IMG/VR virus record: IMGVR_UViG_3300011338_000802
Coordinates: 1-28,896 of that record
From: a virus
Lineage: Duplodnaviria; Caudoviricetes
Reading direction: 5' to 3' (one strand)
Length of the DNA stretch: 28,896 nucleotides
Shown: positions 8,406 through 17,073 of the stretch, in pieces
Numbering within the stretch: the first letter of the stretch is position 1
Layout: each line of letters opens with the position of its first letter
The notes under the pieces: generated by a model
Databases searched by the model: none
The model's input: the letters and a program-made list of their open reading frames with translations, nothing else
What the model was told of the DNA's origin: nothing
Position numbers and translations under genes: made by a program

Positions 8406-10387
8406 TGTCTAAAGAGTATTTCGTTTACGACCTTGAGACCCGCAGCGAGTGCGACTTAAAGAAATGTGGGGCCGCTGAGTACGCTAGGCACCCCACCACA
8501 ACAATCTTTTGTGTCTCATGGGCGATGGGCACTAAAGAGGCTCTTAAGGACGCGCCAGTGCATTCTTGGTCCCCTGTTTTCGGGGGGCCAAAGCACGTTC
8601 TGCACGGGATGCTCTTAAACAAAGACGTGACCCTTGTGGCCCATAATGCGGGCTTCGAGGCTTCAGTTACTAGGCATGTGCTTTCTCGCCTTTTAAACGA
8701 CGCTAGACTGCGCGAGCTACCGCCCGAGCGCTTCCTTTGCACCGCGAGCTTAGCGTCGAGCCTTGCGCTTCCTCGCTCGCTTGAGGGGGCTTGTAGCGCT
8801 TATGGACTGGGCGAGAAGAAAGACGTCGAGGGCAGAAAACTCATCCTGAAATACACTAAGCCCCGACGCCCCACAGCGAACAACCCCGAGAAATGGCACA
8901 ACAAAATCGACGAGCTAAAGCGCATTATTGAGTACTGCGAAAACGACGTCAGAGCCGAAGTGGAATTGTTTTTAAAAGCGTACCCTTTATCGGACTTTGA
9001 AAGACAGCTCTGGATATTAGACCAAAAAATAAACGAGCGGGGCTTCACTGTGGATAGAGAACTTGTTGGCGCGGCCCTCGAGCTTATCGAAATTGAAAAA
9101 GACAGAATCGAAAAAGAGACTGTTAGGATTTCAAAAGGCGAAATCCCGTCCACTACGCAAAGGGACAAAACACTTTTATGGTTGGAAGCTAATGGCGTCG
9201 AGCTTCCTAATTTGCAGGCAAAAACAATTCGAGATTTTCTAGCAATTGGTGAAGGCCCCGAGCATTGTCTTGATATTTTGAGACTGAGACAAGCTGCCTC
9301 AAAAACCAGTACGGCGAAATACGAGGCCTTTGAGGCGCGCTCGAGGTCAGACGGACGCAGTCGAGACAATTTAATTTTCCATTCCGCAAGTACCGGAAGG
9401 TGGGCGGGCAGCGGCGTACAAATTCAAAACTTGCCTCGGCCTAAAACAAAAGACACCGATCAATTGGCAGAAATTTTGAAAAGTAAAGACCTCGAAATGT
9501 TGCGCTTACTTTATGGCGACCCAATGAGTGCCATTTCTGATGCGCTCCGTTCTTGTATCATCGCTTCGCCCGGCAAAGAGCTTTTCGTAGTCGATTACGC
9601 TTCTATCGAAGTGCGAGTGCTCTTTTGGTTGGCCGGCCATGAAGAGGGATTGAAAGTTTTGCGCGAAGGCAAAGACTTGTATATCGAAATGGCCGCAAAG
9701 ATTTTTAAAAAACTCCCGAAAGGCGTAACCAAAGAAGAGCGCGCTCTAGGAAAAGCTGTAATTCTAGGATGCGGCTACTCGATGAGTGCAGGGAAATTTT
9801 TTGAGACTTGCAAAATGTTCGGCATGGACGTCACTGAAGAATTGGCGAAACTCGCGGTTGATACCTATAGAAAAGTCCACGCGCCTGTTGTCGAGCTTTG
9901 GAAAAAAACATCGCAGACAAGCATCGCGGCAGTACAAAACAAAAGAGAATATAAATGTGGAAAAGTAAAATGGGGCGTCAGAGATAATTTTCTTTATGCC
10001 GAACTCCCAAGCGGAAGGCGTCTTTCTTATTACAAGCCGTCGCTTAGAAATGAACTAACACCTTGGAATGAAATGCGTCCCGTTCTTTATTCTTGGGCGA
10101 CAAACGGACTCACTCGGAAATTTGAAGAATATAAAAACTACGGCGGCATGCAAGTAGAGAACTTATCGCAAGCCGTCTCAAGGGATTTAATCGCAGACGC
10201 AATGATAAAGATAGAAAATGCAGGCTTCGAGGTGTTGCTTTCAGTACACGACGAGTTAATCGCTGAAAGAAAAATTGGCGAGAGCACCCTAAAAGAATTT
10301 GAAAATATTATGCTAGATACTCCCGCTTGGGCCGAGGGGCTCCCCATCGCGGTTGAGGGTTTTAAGAGTGCCCGCTATAGGAAATAA
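8405..10387 (+). CDS. polA: family A DNA polymerase with 3'-5' exonuclease
   Basis: YDLETRS, AHNAGFE, YCENDV (exonuclease); TGRWAG, DYASIEVRV (motif A), RALGKAVILGCGY (motif B), VHDE (motif C). Confidence 0.95.
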   Translation: MSKEYFVYDLETRSECDLKKCGAAEYARHPTTTIFCVSWAMGTKEALKDAPVHSWSPVFGGPKHVLHGMLLNKDVTLVAHNAGFEASVTRHVLSRLLNDARLRELPPERFLCTASLASSLALPRSLEGACSAYGLGEKKDVEGRKLILKYTKPRRPTANNPEKWHNKIDELKRIIEYCENDVRAEVELFLKAYPLSDFERQLWILDQKINERGFTVDRELVGAALELIEIEKDRIEKETVRISKGEIPSTTQRDKTLLWLEANGVELPNLQAKTIRDFLAIGEGPEHCLDILRLRQAASKTSTAKYEAFEARSRSDGRSRDNLIFHSASTGRWAGSGVQIQNLPRPKTKDTDQLAEILKSKDLEMLRLLYGDPMSAISDALRSCIIASPGKELFVVDYASIEVRVLFWLAGHEEGLKVLREGKDLYIEMAAKIFKKLPKGVTKEERALGKAVILGCGYSMSAGKFFETCKMFGMDVTEELAKLAVDTYRKVHAPVVELWKKTSQTSIAAVQNKREYKCGKVKWGVRDNFLYAELPSGRRLSYYKPSLRNELTPWNEMRPVLYSWATNGLTRKFEEYKNYGGMQVENLSQAVSRDLIADAMIKIENAGFEVLLSVHDELIAERKIGESTLKEFENIMLDTPAWAEGLPIAVEGFKSARYRK

Positions 10388-10391
10388 TTTT

Positions 10392-10658
10392 ATGAACAAA
10401 GCAATTCAAAGACTTTATAAATACCAACGAGAAAAATTTAAGCCGGAAAGTCTCACTAATGTGGACTTCGATTTTAGGGCGTATCCCGAGACCGCAACGG
10501 GCTTACACTTAGATGGGATTGCGAGAGCACTTCGCGTGCCTTCTCGGAATAAGTATGCGGCGGGGCGCATGGAATCCTGCGAAGAGCTAAGACAGCGCGT
10601 GCTCTTTGAATTAGAAAAACCCGAAGAGGTAGAGGAAAAAGACAATGGCGACCTTTGA
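10392..10658 (+). CDS. hypothetical protein (likely start MNKAI)
   Basis: ATG 4 nt after the polA stop; contains TATGLHLDGIA...ESCEELRQRV. Confidence 0.6.
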   Translation: MNKAIQRLYKYQREKFKPESLTNVDFDFRAYPETATGLHLDGIARALRVPSRNKYAAGRMESCEELRQRVLFELEKPEEVEEKDNGDL

Positions 10659-10845
10659 GCACGTATGTAAAAATTGCAAACACCACAGCTTTGATTCTGA
10701 GGAATTAATCGTTTGCCCAAATTGTAGTTGTTCGGAAATTTCCAACATCCAAGCGCAGTCTCTCGATGACGAGTTTATGGATGAGGTTGAGCTAGAGGGC
10801 GAAGTCTTCGACGAGGATATGGATTTAGAAGAGGTTGAATCATGA
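10645..10845 (+). CDS. small Zn-ribbon protein with acidic tail
   Basis: CKNC...CPNC followed by a D/E-rich tail. Confidence 0.65.
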   Translation: MATFEHVCKNCKHHSFDSEELIVCPNCSCSEISNIQAQSLDDEFMDEVELEGEVFDEDMDLEEVES

Positions 10846-11084
10846 GTAATTGTTGCAATGGCAAAGGATGTAAAGAATGCAATCCCGCGCTAGACGACGG
10901 CAATAAGCCTGTAGAAAAAGAATCTGCAGAGCCAGAAAAAGTACAAATTAAAATGAACAGAAAACAAAAACGCAAAGCGGGGATGAGGGCGAGGACACCT
11001 TGGAGTGCGCAGGTTGATTCTTTTCTATGTTTATTGAATCACAAAAAATATGTAGCCAATAAGGAGAGCGGACAAAATGAATAA
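10842..11084 (+). CDS. hypothetical protein, Cys-rich N-terminus
   Basis: ATGA coupling, GAGG RBS, CCNGKGCKEC. Confidence 0.55.
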   Translation: MSNCCNGKGCKECNPALDDGNKPVEKESAEPEKVQIKMNRKQKRKAGMRARTPWSAQVDSFLCLLNHKKYVANKESGQNE

Positions 11085-11631
11085 GCCAGCTAGACAAAGA
11101 CAATGGTGCGAAGAAATTATAAAAACCATGTATCCTGAATACGATGAAGAAACGGAATTGGTACTTTTTGGGTGTCGAGGTTACTTTCGTGATTCGATGG
11201 GCGCAAAGGGTCGCAACGACCGCGCTATTTATGACGACGGGTTATTTATTTTATCTCCCACTTTATTTTCTTCTTTCAACGCTAACACTGACCCTTCGAT
11301 TTATAGAAAAGGCTCTGGCACGGGCTCGAGCAAAGGTGTCGCCAGTCTCAAAGCGGGAGTATGGCTCTATCAAAAAGGCCTACATCGAGGCTACCAAGCG
11401 TTCACGCAAGCGAATAAAGTAACAGTCATTCGTGACGGCGACCCATCTTATGAGGACACCGGGTACTTCGGAATCAACATACACCGGGGCGGGACCAACA
11501 GCACTTCGAGTCTTGGTTGCCAGACACTCATCGCTAGCCAATGGTACGAGTTTAAAAACTCAATGTACTTGCAACTAGATCGCCTTAAGCAGAAAAAATT
11601 CAAATACATTTTGGTTGAAAAACAGGGATGA
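11077..11631 (+). CDS. L,D-transpeptidase-like (YkuD fold) putative peptidoglycan enzyme or endolysin
   Basis: GINIHRGG...SLGCQ His/Cys catalytic-type motif; GGAG RBS. Confidence 0.6.
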   Translation: MNKPARQRQWCEEIIKTMYPEYDEETELVLFGCRGYFRDSMGAKGRNDRAIYDDGLFILSPTLFSSFNANTDPSIYRKGSGTGSSKGVASLKAGVWLYQKGLHRGYQAFTQANKVTVIRDGDPSYEDTGYFGINIHRGGTNSTSSLGCQTLIASQWYEFKNSMYLQLDRLKQKKFKYILVEKQG

Positions 11632-11753
11632 AAAGAATTTTTGAGGACCGAGAACTTTTTGCAGCTGTTCAGCGCACGGCGATTTTCGTCGCTCTTTGCG
11701 GTGTCTGGATTAAGGTGTCGCATCTACTCGACGTCGTGATGGGTGTCAGATGA
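11628..11753 (+). CDS. 41-aa membrane peptide (not in ORF track)
   Basis: MKRIFEDRELFAAVQRTAIFVALCGVWIKVSHLLDVVMGVR; ATGA overlaps at both ends. Confidence 0.6.
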   Translation: MKRIFEDRELFAAVQRTAIFVALCGVWIKVSHLLDVVMGVR

Positions 11754-12343
11754 GAGTGCTAATCGCTTGCGAGTTTTCAGGTATTGTCCGCGACGCTTTT
11801 TTAAAGCTAGGCCACGATGCGTGGAGCTGCGACTTGCTCCCGTCCGATAAAAAAGGGCCGCATATTCAAGGCGATGTTTTGGAAATCTTAGACCAAAAGT
11901 GGGACTTAATGATCGCCCATCCGCCGTGTACTTATCTTAGCAATTCTGGCGTCTGTTGGTTAAAGAAAAACCCGAAGCGAAAAGCAGAAATGGTTAAAGG
12001 CGCTAAGTTTTTTAAAAAATTATTGAAAGCGCCGATACCGAAGATAGCTGTTGAGAATCCCATTATGCATAAATATGCAAAAGAAATAGTTGGGCGTAGT
12101 CAATCTCAAGTTGTGCAACCGTGGATGTTTGGGCATCTTGAAAGGAAAGCCACATGCCTTTGGCTAAAGGGACTACCTGAGTTAAAACCCACAAAAAATG
12201 TTAAGGAAAAAATGTTAAAACTACCAAAGAATAAACAGAAAAGACTGCACTATCTACCGCCTTCGCCCGAGCGTTGGAAATTGCGGAGCACAACTTACAA
12301 AGGAATTGCTGAGGCTATGGCTAAACAATGGGGCGTGGTATGA
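11750..12343 (+). CDS. short phage-type DNA cytosine (C5) methyltransferase
   Basis: MRVLIACEFSG, CDL, GDV, HPPCTYLS (catalytic PC), ENP, QPWMFG, K.TCLWL. Confidence 0.8.
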   Translation: MRVLIACEFSGIVRDAFLKLGHDAWSCDLLPSDKKGPHIQGDVLEILDQKWDLMIAHPPCTYLSNSGVCWLKKNPKRKAEMVKGAKFFKKLLKAPIPKIAVENPIMHKYAKEIVGRSQSQVVQPWMFGHLERKATCLWLKGLPELKPTKNVKEKMLKLPKNKQKRLHYLPPSPERWKLRSTTYKGIAEAMAKQWGVV

Positions 12344-12927
12344 ACGACAAAAGAATCTTTATCCTATCGGGTCGCCAAGGCAGCGGTAAAACAACCTATG
12401 CAAAATACCTTCAAGCTTTCTTAGGAATCGACAACACTAAAATATTAAAATTCGCGGAGCCGCTCTACGCCCTACACGATAGGTGTCTCCCACTTCTTAA
12501 AGAATACGGCGTGCGCCCGGAATCCATGACTAAGGACGGTGAGCTACTTCAAGTCTTAGGCACCGCTTACGGCAGGGAAAAGCTCGGGCAAAATGTTTGG
12601 GTTGAGATTGTCGCGAGAAGAGCAAAACAATGGCTCGACCAAAGAGACTCGCATTTTGTCATTATTGACGACGCTCGCTTTGAAAATGAAATAGATGTTT
12701 TCAGAGCCGATGCGAATCTAATCCGTCTTATTGCGCCGGAGTCAGTGCGCAAAGCGCGTTGCTCTTATTGGCGAGAAGACACGAATCACCCATCAGAGAC
12801 GGGGCTTGACGCTTACGAGCGAGATAAAAAATTCGACGTCGAAATGAAGACTGAGCATGAGACGCGAGAACAAATTGAGGATGCTATCGAATGGACATTG
12901 AAATGGTTGGGATACCTAGACGTTTAA
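12340..12927 (+). CDS. deoxynucleoside monophosphate kinase
   Basis: GRQGSGKTT, FAEPL, LQVLGT..R, WV, IDDARFENE, HPSE; ATGA coupling at 12340. Confidence 0.85.
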   Translation: MNDKRIFILSGRQGSGKTTYAKYLQAFLGIDNTKILKFAEPLYALHDRCLPLLKEYGVRPESMTKDGELLQVLGTAYGREKLGQNVWVEIVARRAKQWLDQRDSHFVIIDDARFENEIDVFRADANLIRLIAPESVRKARCSYWREDTNHPSETGLDAYERDKKFDVEMKTEHETREQIEDAIEWTLKWLGYLDV

Positions 12928-13139
12928 CGCCCGAAGAAACTTCGCAAGAGGTTAGGGATTTTTTGCAGTACTGCGTATCTGAAATGTACCAAGTCCTGCG
13001 AGAGGAAATCGAAGTCACTGTGGTCCTAAGAGACCCGCAGTGCGCAGGGAAATCTGTAGCGCTTTCTTTTAACGGCGCGTCACTCGACAAGGCATTAGAG
13101 GCTTTAAGGGCTATTGTTGAAAAAAGGCCAAGAGCCTAA
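12891..13139 (+). CDS. hypothetical protein
   Basis: ORF continuing the operon; start uncertain. Confidence 0.5.
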   Translation: MDIEMVGIPRRLTPEETSQEVRDFLQYCVSEMYQVLREEIEVTVVLRDPQCAGKSVALSFNGASLDKALEALRAIVEKRPRA

Positions 13140-13149
13140 AAGGAGTTTT

Positions 13150-13254
13150 ATGCAATATTTGAATCAGTACTTGAGCGGTATTTTCATTATGGGCGGAGCG
13201 ATGACTATCATCGCCGTTGTCGAAAAGGTTTTACATTGGAGCGCTTTCAAATGA
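13150..13254 (+). CDS. 34-aa membrane peptide (not in ORF track)
   Basis: AGGAG RBS; MQYLNQYLSGIFIMGGAMTIIAVVEKVLHWSAFK; ATGA overlap with the next gene. Confidence 0.6.
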   Translation: MQYLNQYLSGIFIMGGAMTIIAVVEKVLHWSAFK

Positions 13255-14012
13255 GAATGCTTTTTGTTTACTTTGCGGTTTTAAGTTTCGCTTTTTCTTT
13301 CTCGAAAAAAACTGAATCAAGTTCCTCGTCCTCTTCGAGCGTATCTAGTCAGTCGTCAAGCGCGCAGAGCCCGGACGACTTGAGAGGCAAGATACTATTC
13401 CATGTACAGCAAAGTGATTGCTACAAAAAGCATTGGAAAGATAGGGGCCAAATTCCTTTGGGCTTTCTTCAAGGTATGGCTATTAATTTCTACAAGAACA
13501 AAGATGAAGCTGTGCGCCCATTGGGGCTATCGGCTAAAGATGCTCTCATGTATTACGGAATAGCTGAAGCTTCAAAGATTGCTGAGTACACCTTTCTTGT
13601 GGGTCTTAGCATGCGTGAAAGCTCAGGTCGTCATTGCGTGGGTAGAGACTCAACAGCGACTAACACTGATGCAGAGACATGTGAGGCGGGAGCTTTTCAA
13701 TTTTCTTACAATTCGAGAAGTGCCGACCCAGAATTGAAACCGCTAATAGAATATTATTCTAAGCACCCCGATCAATGCGAGCTTTTATTGTTTTCGAAAA
13801 ACGTAAAGTGCAAGCCATCCGACTGGAAAAACTACGGCAGTGGTGCAGGTGTTGCGTTTCAAGAGCTGTCTAAGAAGTGTCCTGTTTTTGCCGTTGAGTA
13901 TGCGGCAATCTTAATTAGAACTAGGCGCTCCCACTTCGGACCTATCGGGCGCAAAGAAGTGGAATACTCTAGCGCATGTAAAAAAATGTTTAGTGAGATT
14001 TCTAAGTTTTAA
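13251..14012 (+). CDS. exported lysozyme/lytic transglycosylase-like protein (putative signal-anchor endolysin)
   Basis: Hydrophobic N-terminus, poly-Ser linker, MRESSG (candidate catalytic Glu) and AGAFQF; several Cys. Confidence 0.55.
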   Translation: MRMLFVYFAVLSFAFSFSKKTESSSSSSSSVSSQSSSAQSPDDLRGKILFHVQQSDCYKKHWKDRGQIPLGFLQGMAINFYKNKDEAVRPLGLSAKDALMYYGIAEASKIAEYTFLVGLSMRESSGRHCVGRDSTATNTDAETCEAGAFQFSYNSRSADPELKPLIEYYSKHPDQCELLLFSKNVKCKPSDWKNYGSGAGVAFQELSKKCPVFAVEYAAILIRTRRSHFGPIGRKEVEYSSACKKMFSEISKF

Positions 14013-14281
14013 TCGAAAGAATGCGTTTGAAGACAGAATTCATTTTCAGCTTCGACGTCTCGTATGAACTCGCGCATGTAGCCCTTTAATTCCTCTATAG
14101 CTTTATCATTGTACCCATTGACAGAGAAACATTCCGCGCAAGCGTCTAGGCTTTCTTTTAATTCTTTGTAGGTGAAACTCCTTTCGCCGCACACTTGAAA
14201 CACTTGAGTGTCTCTTGTGTCGCCGCTTTGCGCGCTCCAATATGTATACCAAACAGAATTCGACCAACGGGAATAGCTCAT
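14009..14281 (-). CDS. hypothetical phage protein (MSYSRWS type)
   Basis: Last gene of the convergent leftward operon. Confidence 0.65.
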   Translation of the reverse strand: MSYSRWSNSVWYTYWSAQSGDTRDTQVFQVCGERSFTYKELKESLDACAECFSVNGYNDKAIEELKGYMREFIRDVEAENEFCLQTHSFD

Positions 14282-14282
14282 C

Positions 14283-14471
14283 CTAATAGGGCCTTTTCCT
14301 AGAAAAAGTTAAATGGCCGCAGACTTCTTTAACTATCTTTAATCGACGTGCTTGCCGGTAGGCCGACGGGTAAGCTTTATAAAAATCTCTTATAGTGGCG
14401 AACTTCGCGGCCTCTTGTTTGATTCTTTGTTTAGTCCAAAAACCGTAAGGAACTTTTCTTGCTCCGCTCAT
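14283..14471 (-). CDS. small basic protein resembling a homing-endonuclease-associated helical repeat
   Basis: WTKQ.I..EA.KF....F.K.YPSAY..A........C.H pattern. Confidence 0.55.
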   Translation of the reverse strand: MSGARKVPYGFWTKQRIKQEAAKFATIRDFYKAYPSAYRQARRLKIVKEVCGHLTFSRKRPY

Positions 14472-14644
14472 GATTCACCCTCACAGACAAAAGTTTTGTA
14501 AGACAGCTCAAGAAATTTCTCCGATAGTTTTCTTATCTGTTCCACAATCTGCGGTATAGACTCTCCCTCGTATTCCTCGGGGTCGTTTTTCTTAAAGGCT
14601 TCCGCAATTTCGGTTAGGCGTTTTTCGTCGTCTTTAATGCTCAT
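14468..14644 (-). CDS. 58-aa hypothetical protein (not in ORF track)
   Basis: MSIKDDEKRLTEIAEAF...FVCEGES; ATGA coupling. Confidence 0.6.
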   Translation of the reverse strand: MSIKDDEKRLTEIAEAFKKNDPEEYEGESIPQIVEQIRKLSEKFLELSYKTFVCEGES

Positions 14645-14662
14645 GATTTTTCTCTTTGTTTT

Positions 14663-14863
14663 TCAATCAATGGCTTCGATAACTGGAAAAAAAGTGGGGC
14701 TCTCAAGGCGTCCGGCTTTGTAGTATTCTTCTATTTTATCGAGTCCCGTCATCCGCATCAGCTCGTTAATAGACTCTCGGGCTTCGGGGAATCTCATGCG
14801 AAGGCCCATTAACGAACCTGATATGAAAATAAATTTTTCTCTATCGGTGAATTCTTTTGTCAT
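14663..14863 (-). CDS. hypothetical protein (likely start MTKEF)
   Basis: AGGAG RBS, ATGA coupling. Confidence 0.6.
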   Translation of the reverse strand: MTKEFTDREKFIFISGSLMGLRMRFPEARESINELMRMTGLDKIEEYYKAGRLESPTFFPVIEAID

Positions 14864-15150
14864 TCTATTTCTCCTTTTTCTATTAGTTCTAGGCAAGCGT
14901 TAAACCCGCCATTGTATACGTCGATGTCTGTGCCTGTTCCTATTACTCTTCTCGGGGGCAAAACCAATCTATTATTCCTCATACGTATATTTTGCTGTTT
15001 ATACGTATGTTGTATATTCTCACGCTCTGCTTTGATTGCTTGGGATATTGAATAAATTAAATTATCTCTATCATTTCCAATTGGTACGCCGCAAATATTT
15101 ACAATATCTTGTGCGATACTCTCGGGGCTTTTGCTTTTCTGTGTGGTCAT
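14860..15150 (-). CDS. hypothetical protein with LP.R...GFNAC motif
   Basis: C-terminal G(F/W)N.C motif common in phage accessory proteins. Confidence 0.65.
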   Translation of the reverse strand: MTTQKSKSPESIAQDIVNICGVPIGNDRDNLIYSISQAIKAERENIQHTYKQQNIRMRNNRLVLPPRRVIGTGTDIDVYNGGFNACLELIEKGEIE

Positions 15151-15221
15151 GTCATTTCCGCTAAATCATAAACGCCCACTCCCATTCCACCAATAAAACT
15201 ATTTAAATCAAAATTTTTCAT
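15147..15221 (-). CDS. 24-aa micro-ORF (not in ORF track)
   Basis: MKNFDLNSFIGGMGVGVYDLAEMT; fills the gap exactly with coupled start and stop. Confidence 0.35.
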   Translation of the reverse strand: MKNFDLNSFIGGMGVGVYDLAEMT

Positions 15222-15222
15222 T

Positions 15223-15741
15223 TCATTTTCCCTCGTTAAGAGATTTGATTTCGTCTATGCAATTATTCCAACCAACATTTGCCCATACTTCGTAATTAAC
15301 TTTCCCCGTTACATCTTTTCTCTCAGGCAATTTCAGCGCCTTGCTTTTTTGTCCTGCTAGATATGCCACATTCCACAACTGTTCAAACAAGGCTTTAGTA
15401 GGTGCATAATGCGCTTGATTCTTAATCCAAATAGGTTCAGTGCCATCACGAAAAGATACATTCTTACTTATCCACTCCTCAAACTCCGCACACTCAGTAA
15501 GCACCACACTTTGGTTTATATCATCCACTTTTTGGTCGATAACCTCAGTAACCTTTGATGCATCAACAAGCGCTGCGGATATTAAACTTTCAAGGTGTGC
15601 TCTCATATTTGCATCAACAGCTAATGCTCTACGAAAATAATTATCGTAATCTTGTTTAGAGTTTTGAGTTTGGCTCATCCAAAACAATTTCCAATCATTA
15701 GCTATTTTCTGTGCGATTTTATAGGCCTGTTCTTTGGTCAT
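15223..15741 (-). CDS. hypothetical protein with LP.R...GWNNC motif
   Basis: ATGA coupling; C-terminal motif shared with 14860-15150. Confidence 0.7.
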   Translation of the reverse strand: MTKEQAYKIAQKIANDWKLFWMSQTQNSKQDYDNYFRRALAVDANMRAHLESLISAALVDASKVTEVIDQKVDDINQSVVLTECAEFEEWISKNVSFRDGTEPIWIKNQAHYAPTKALFEQLWNVAYLAGQKSKALKLPERKDVTGKVNYEVWANVGWNNCIDEIKSLNEGK

Positions 15742-15989
15742 AAAGGAAACTCCGGCGATGTTCTTTTTGCTAATCTTTGTAATGTATCGCTAGCAGTCCA
15801 CGCCATACGAGAATCAAATTCCCATTCTTTTGGGGCCATTGAGCTACATGTTTTACAAGCCAAGGTGCCAAGGGTGTTAACTGCAATTGAGTATTTGTCA
15901 GACAATCTTAAATAACACGAATGCGCTTCGTCTAATGTTTTCTTTAATTGCTCATATTCTTTTTTATAAGTTTTGATTTTCTTTTTCAT
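15738..15989 (-). CDS. hypothetical protein (coiled coil plus CxxC; likely start MKKKI)
   Basis: GGAG RBS, ATGA coupling. Confidence 0.6.
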   Translation of the reverse strand: MKKKIKTYKKEYEQLKKTLDEAHSCYLRLSDKYSIAVNTLGTLACKTCSSMAPKEWEFDSRMAWTASDTLQRLAKRTSPEFPL

Positions 15990-16141
15990 ACATAACTCCA
16001 AAAACTAAATTGTTCTCTTTTGAAAGCATTCCAATAAATTGTTGTATGCCAAGTTTTATCAAAAAACTCTCCATTCATTTCCTCAAGAGAAGCTACCCAT
16101 GCACCTGCTATTTCAGGGTGTATCCATATTATTTTTTTCAT
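15986..16141 (-). CDS. 51-aa Trp-rich hypothetical protein (not in ORF track)
   Basis: MKKIIWIHPEIAGAWVASLEEMNGEFFDKTWHTTIYWNAFKREQFSFWSYV; fills the operon gap. Confidence 0.55.
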   Translation of the reverse strand: MKKIIWIHPEIAGAWVASLEEMNGEFFDKTWHTTIYWNAFKREQFSFWSYV

Positions 16142-16145
16142 ATAC

Positions 16146-16499
16146 TCACACGCCCTTGTCGTCGCTTAGCTTTTCCGAAAGCCACGCTCCCATACGGTTA
16201 GCGCCATCATGCGCACTTGCAGCGGCTATTCCTGCTTCTGTATCTAAATCTTCCATTGCGTCTCGCATATTACCTTCGCCATCAAAGTGCTCAAAAAACT
16301 CTTTTGCTATTTCTAATCGCTTTTTACGTATTTGATTATCAGAAGGATATTTTCCCAAAGCAGACTGCCTGCCTTTTGCGTAGGCTTCGTTAAACATTTG
16401 TAAAAATAATTCTTTATTCCATGCCGAATATCTACTCGGCTCTGTGCCGAATATTTTATCCATTATTTCTTCAAACTCGCGCTCTTTATTGTTTGTCAT
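16146..16499 (-). CDS. hypothetical protein
   Basis: ATGA coupling to the CsrA-like gene. Confidence 0.65.
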   Translation of the reverse strand: MTNNKEREFEEIMDKIFGTEPSRYSAWNKELFLQMFNEAYAKGRQSALGKYPSDNQIRKKRLEIAKEFFEHFDGEGNMRDAMEDLDTEAGIAAASAHDGANRMGAWLSEKLSDDKGV

Positions 16500-16672
16500 T
16501 TGTCACCATTTTTGCGTGGCTCTTTTCTGGTAAAAGGTCTTGTTATTTTCATATCTGATGGGGCTTTAATTGCTATTCGTATACCTGAATTTTCGACTAT
16601 TGCTACAACTTGTATCTGAATATCATTTCCAATAGAAAAAAATTCTCCTGCTTTTAATGTAATTACTAACAT
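16496..16672 (-). CDS. csrA: CsrA/RsmA-family RNA-binding translational regulator (not in ORF track)
   Basis: MLVITLKAGEFFSIGNDIQIQVVAIVENSGIRIAIKAPSDMKITR aligns by eye with the CsrA pattern ML.LTR..GE.I.IGD.I.V.V......VRIGI.AP..V...R. Confidence 0.8.
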   Translation of the reverse strand: MLVITLKAGEFFSIGNDIQIQVVAIVENSGIRIAIKAPSDMKITRPFTRKEPRKNGDK

Positions 16673-16712
16673 TTAAACTCACTCTTTCTAAGCTCGCGCT
16701 CTTTGTTATCGG

Positions 16713-16910
16713 TCATTTTAAATCTCCTATTACGATATGAAATGGTCCGAAATGAATGGCGTATCCATAAATAGAAATGTAAGTGTCAGAATTAATGCTT
16801 TTAAATCTAGCAATGAAGCTTCGGCCCCAAGAAAAGAAAGCATCGCCATCGCATCTTTTACTATAATAAAATCTGAATAATTGAATTTTTCTTAAGTAAT
16901 TCTCACTCAT
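16713..16910 (-). CDS. hypothetical protein
   Basis: GAGG RBS; aromatic-rich 65 aa. Confidence 0.55.
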   Translation of the reverse strand: MSENYLRKIQLFRFYYSKRCDGDAFFSWGRSFIARFKSINSDTYISIYGYAIHFGPFHIVIGDLK

Positions 16911-16929
16911 AAAATTGCCTCGCTTTTAT

Positions 16930-17073
16930 TCATTTCTTTTTCGCTTTCTTCTTAGGACGTCCGCCTTTTAGGCCGTTCTCTTTTGCGGCGTTTGCTTTCT
17001 TTTTTGATTTCGACTTGCCGCCCTCGGCACCGATTTTCGAAAAATATTCTTTTACTGATTTAGGCGTGTTCAT
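16930..17073 (-). CDS. 47-aa basic KGG/AT-hook-like putative DNA-binding protein (not in ORF track)
   Basis: YFSKIGAEGGKSKSKKKANAAKENGLKGGRPKKK; GGAG RBS, ATGA coupling. Confidence 0.7.
   Translation of the reverse strand: MNTPKSVKEYFSKIGAEGGKSKSKKKANAAKENGLKGGRPKKKAKKK

Noticed and set aside
8425-9389. Antisense ORFs inside polA (and similar shadow ORFs in other genes)
   Set aside because: They lie opposite well-supported genes, lack RBS or motifs, and are explained by codon bias.
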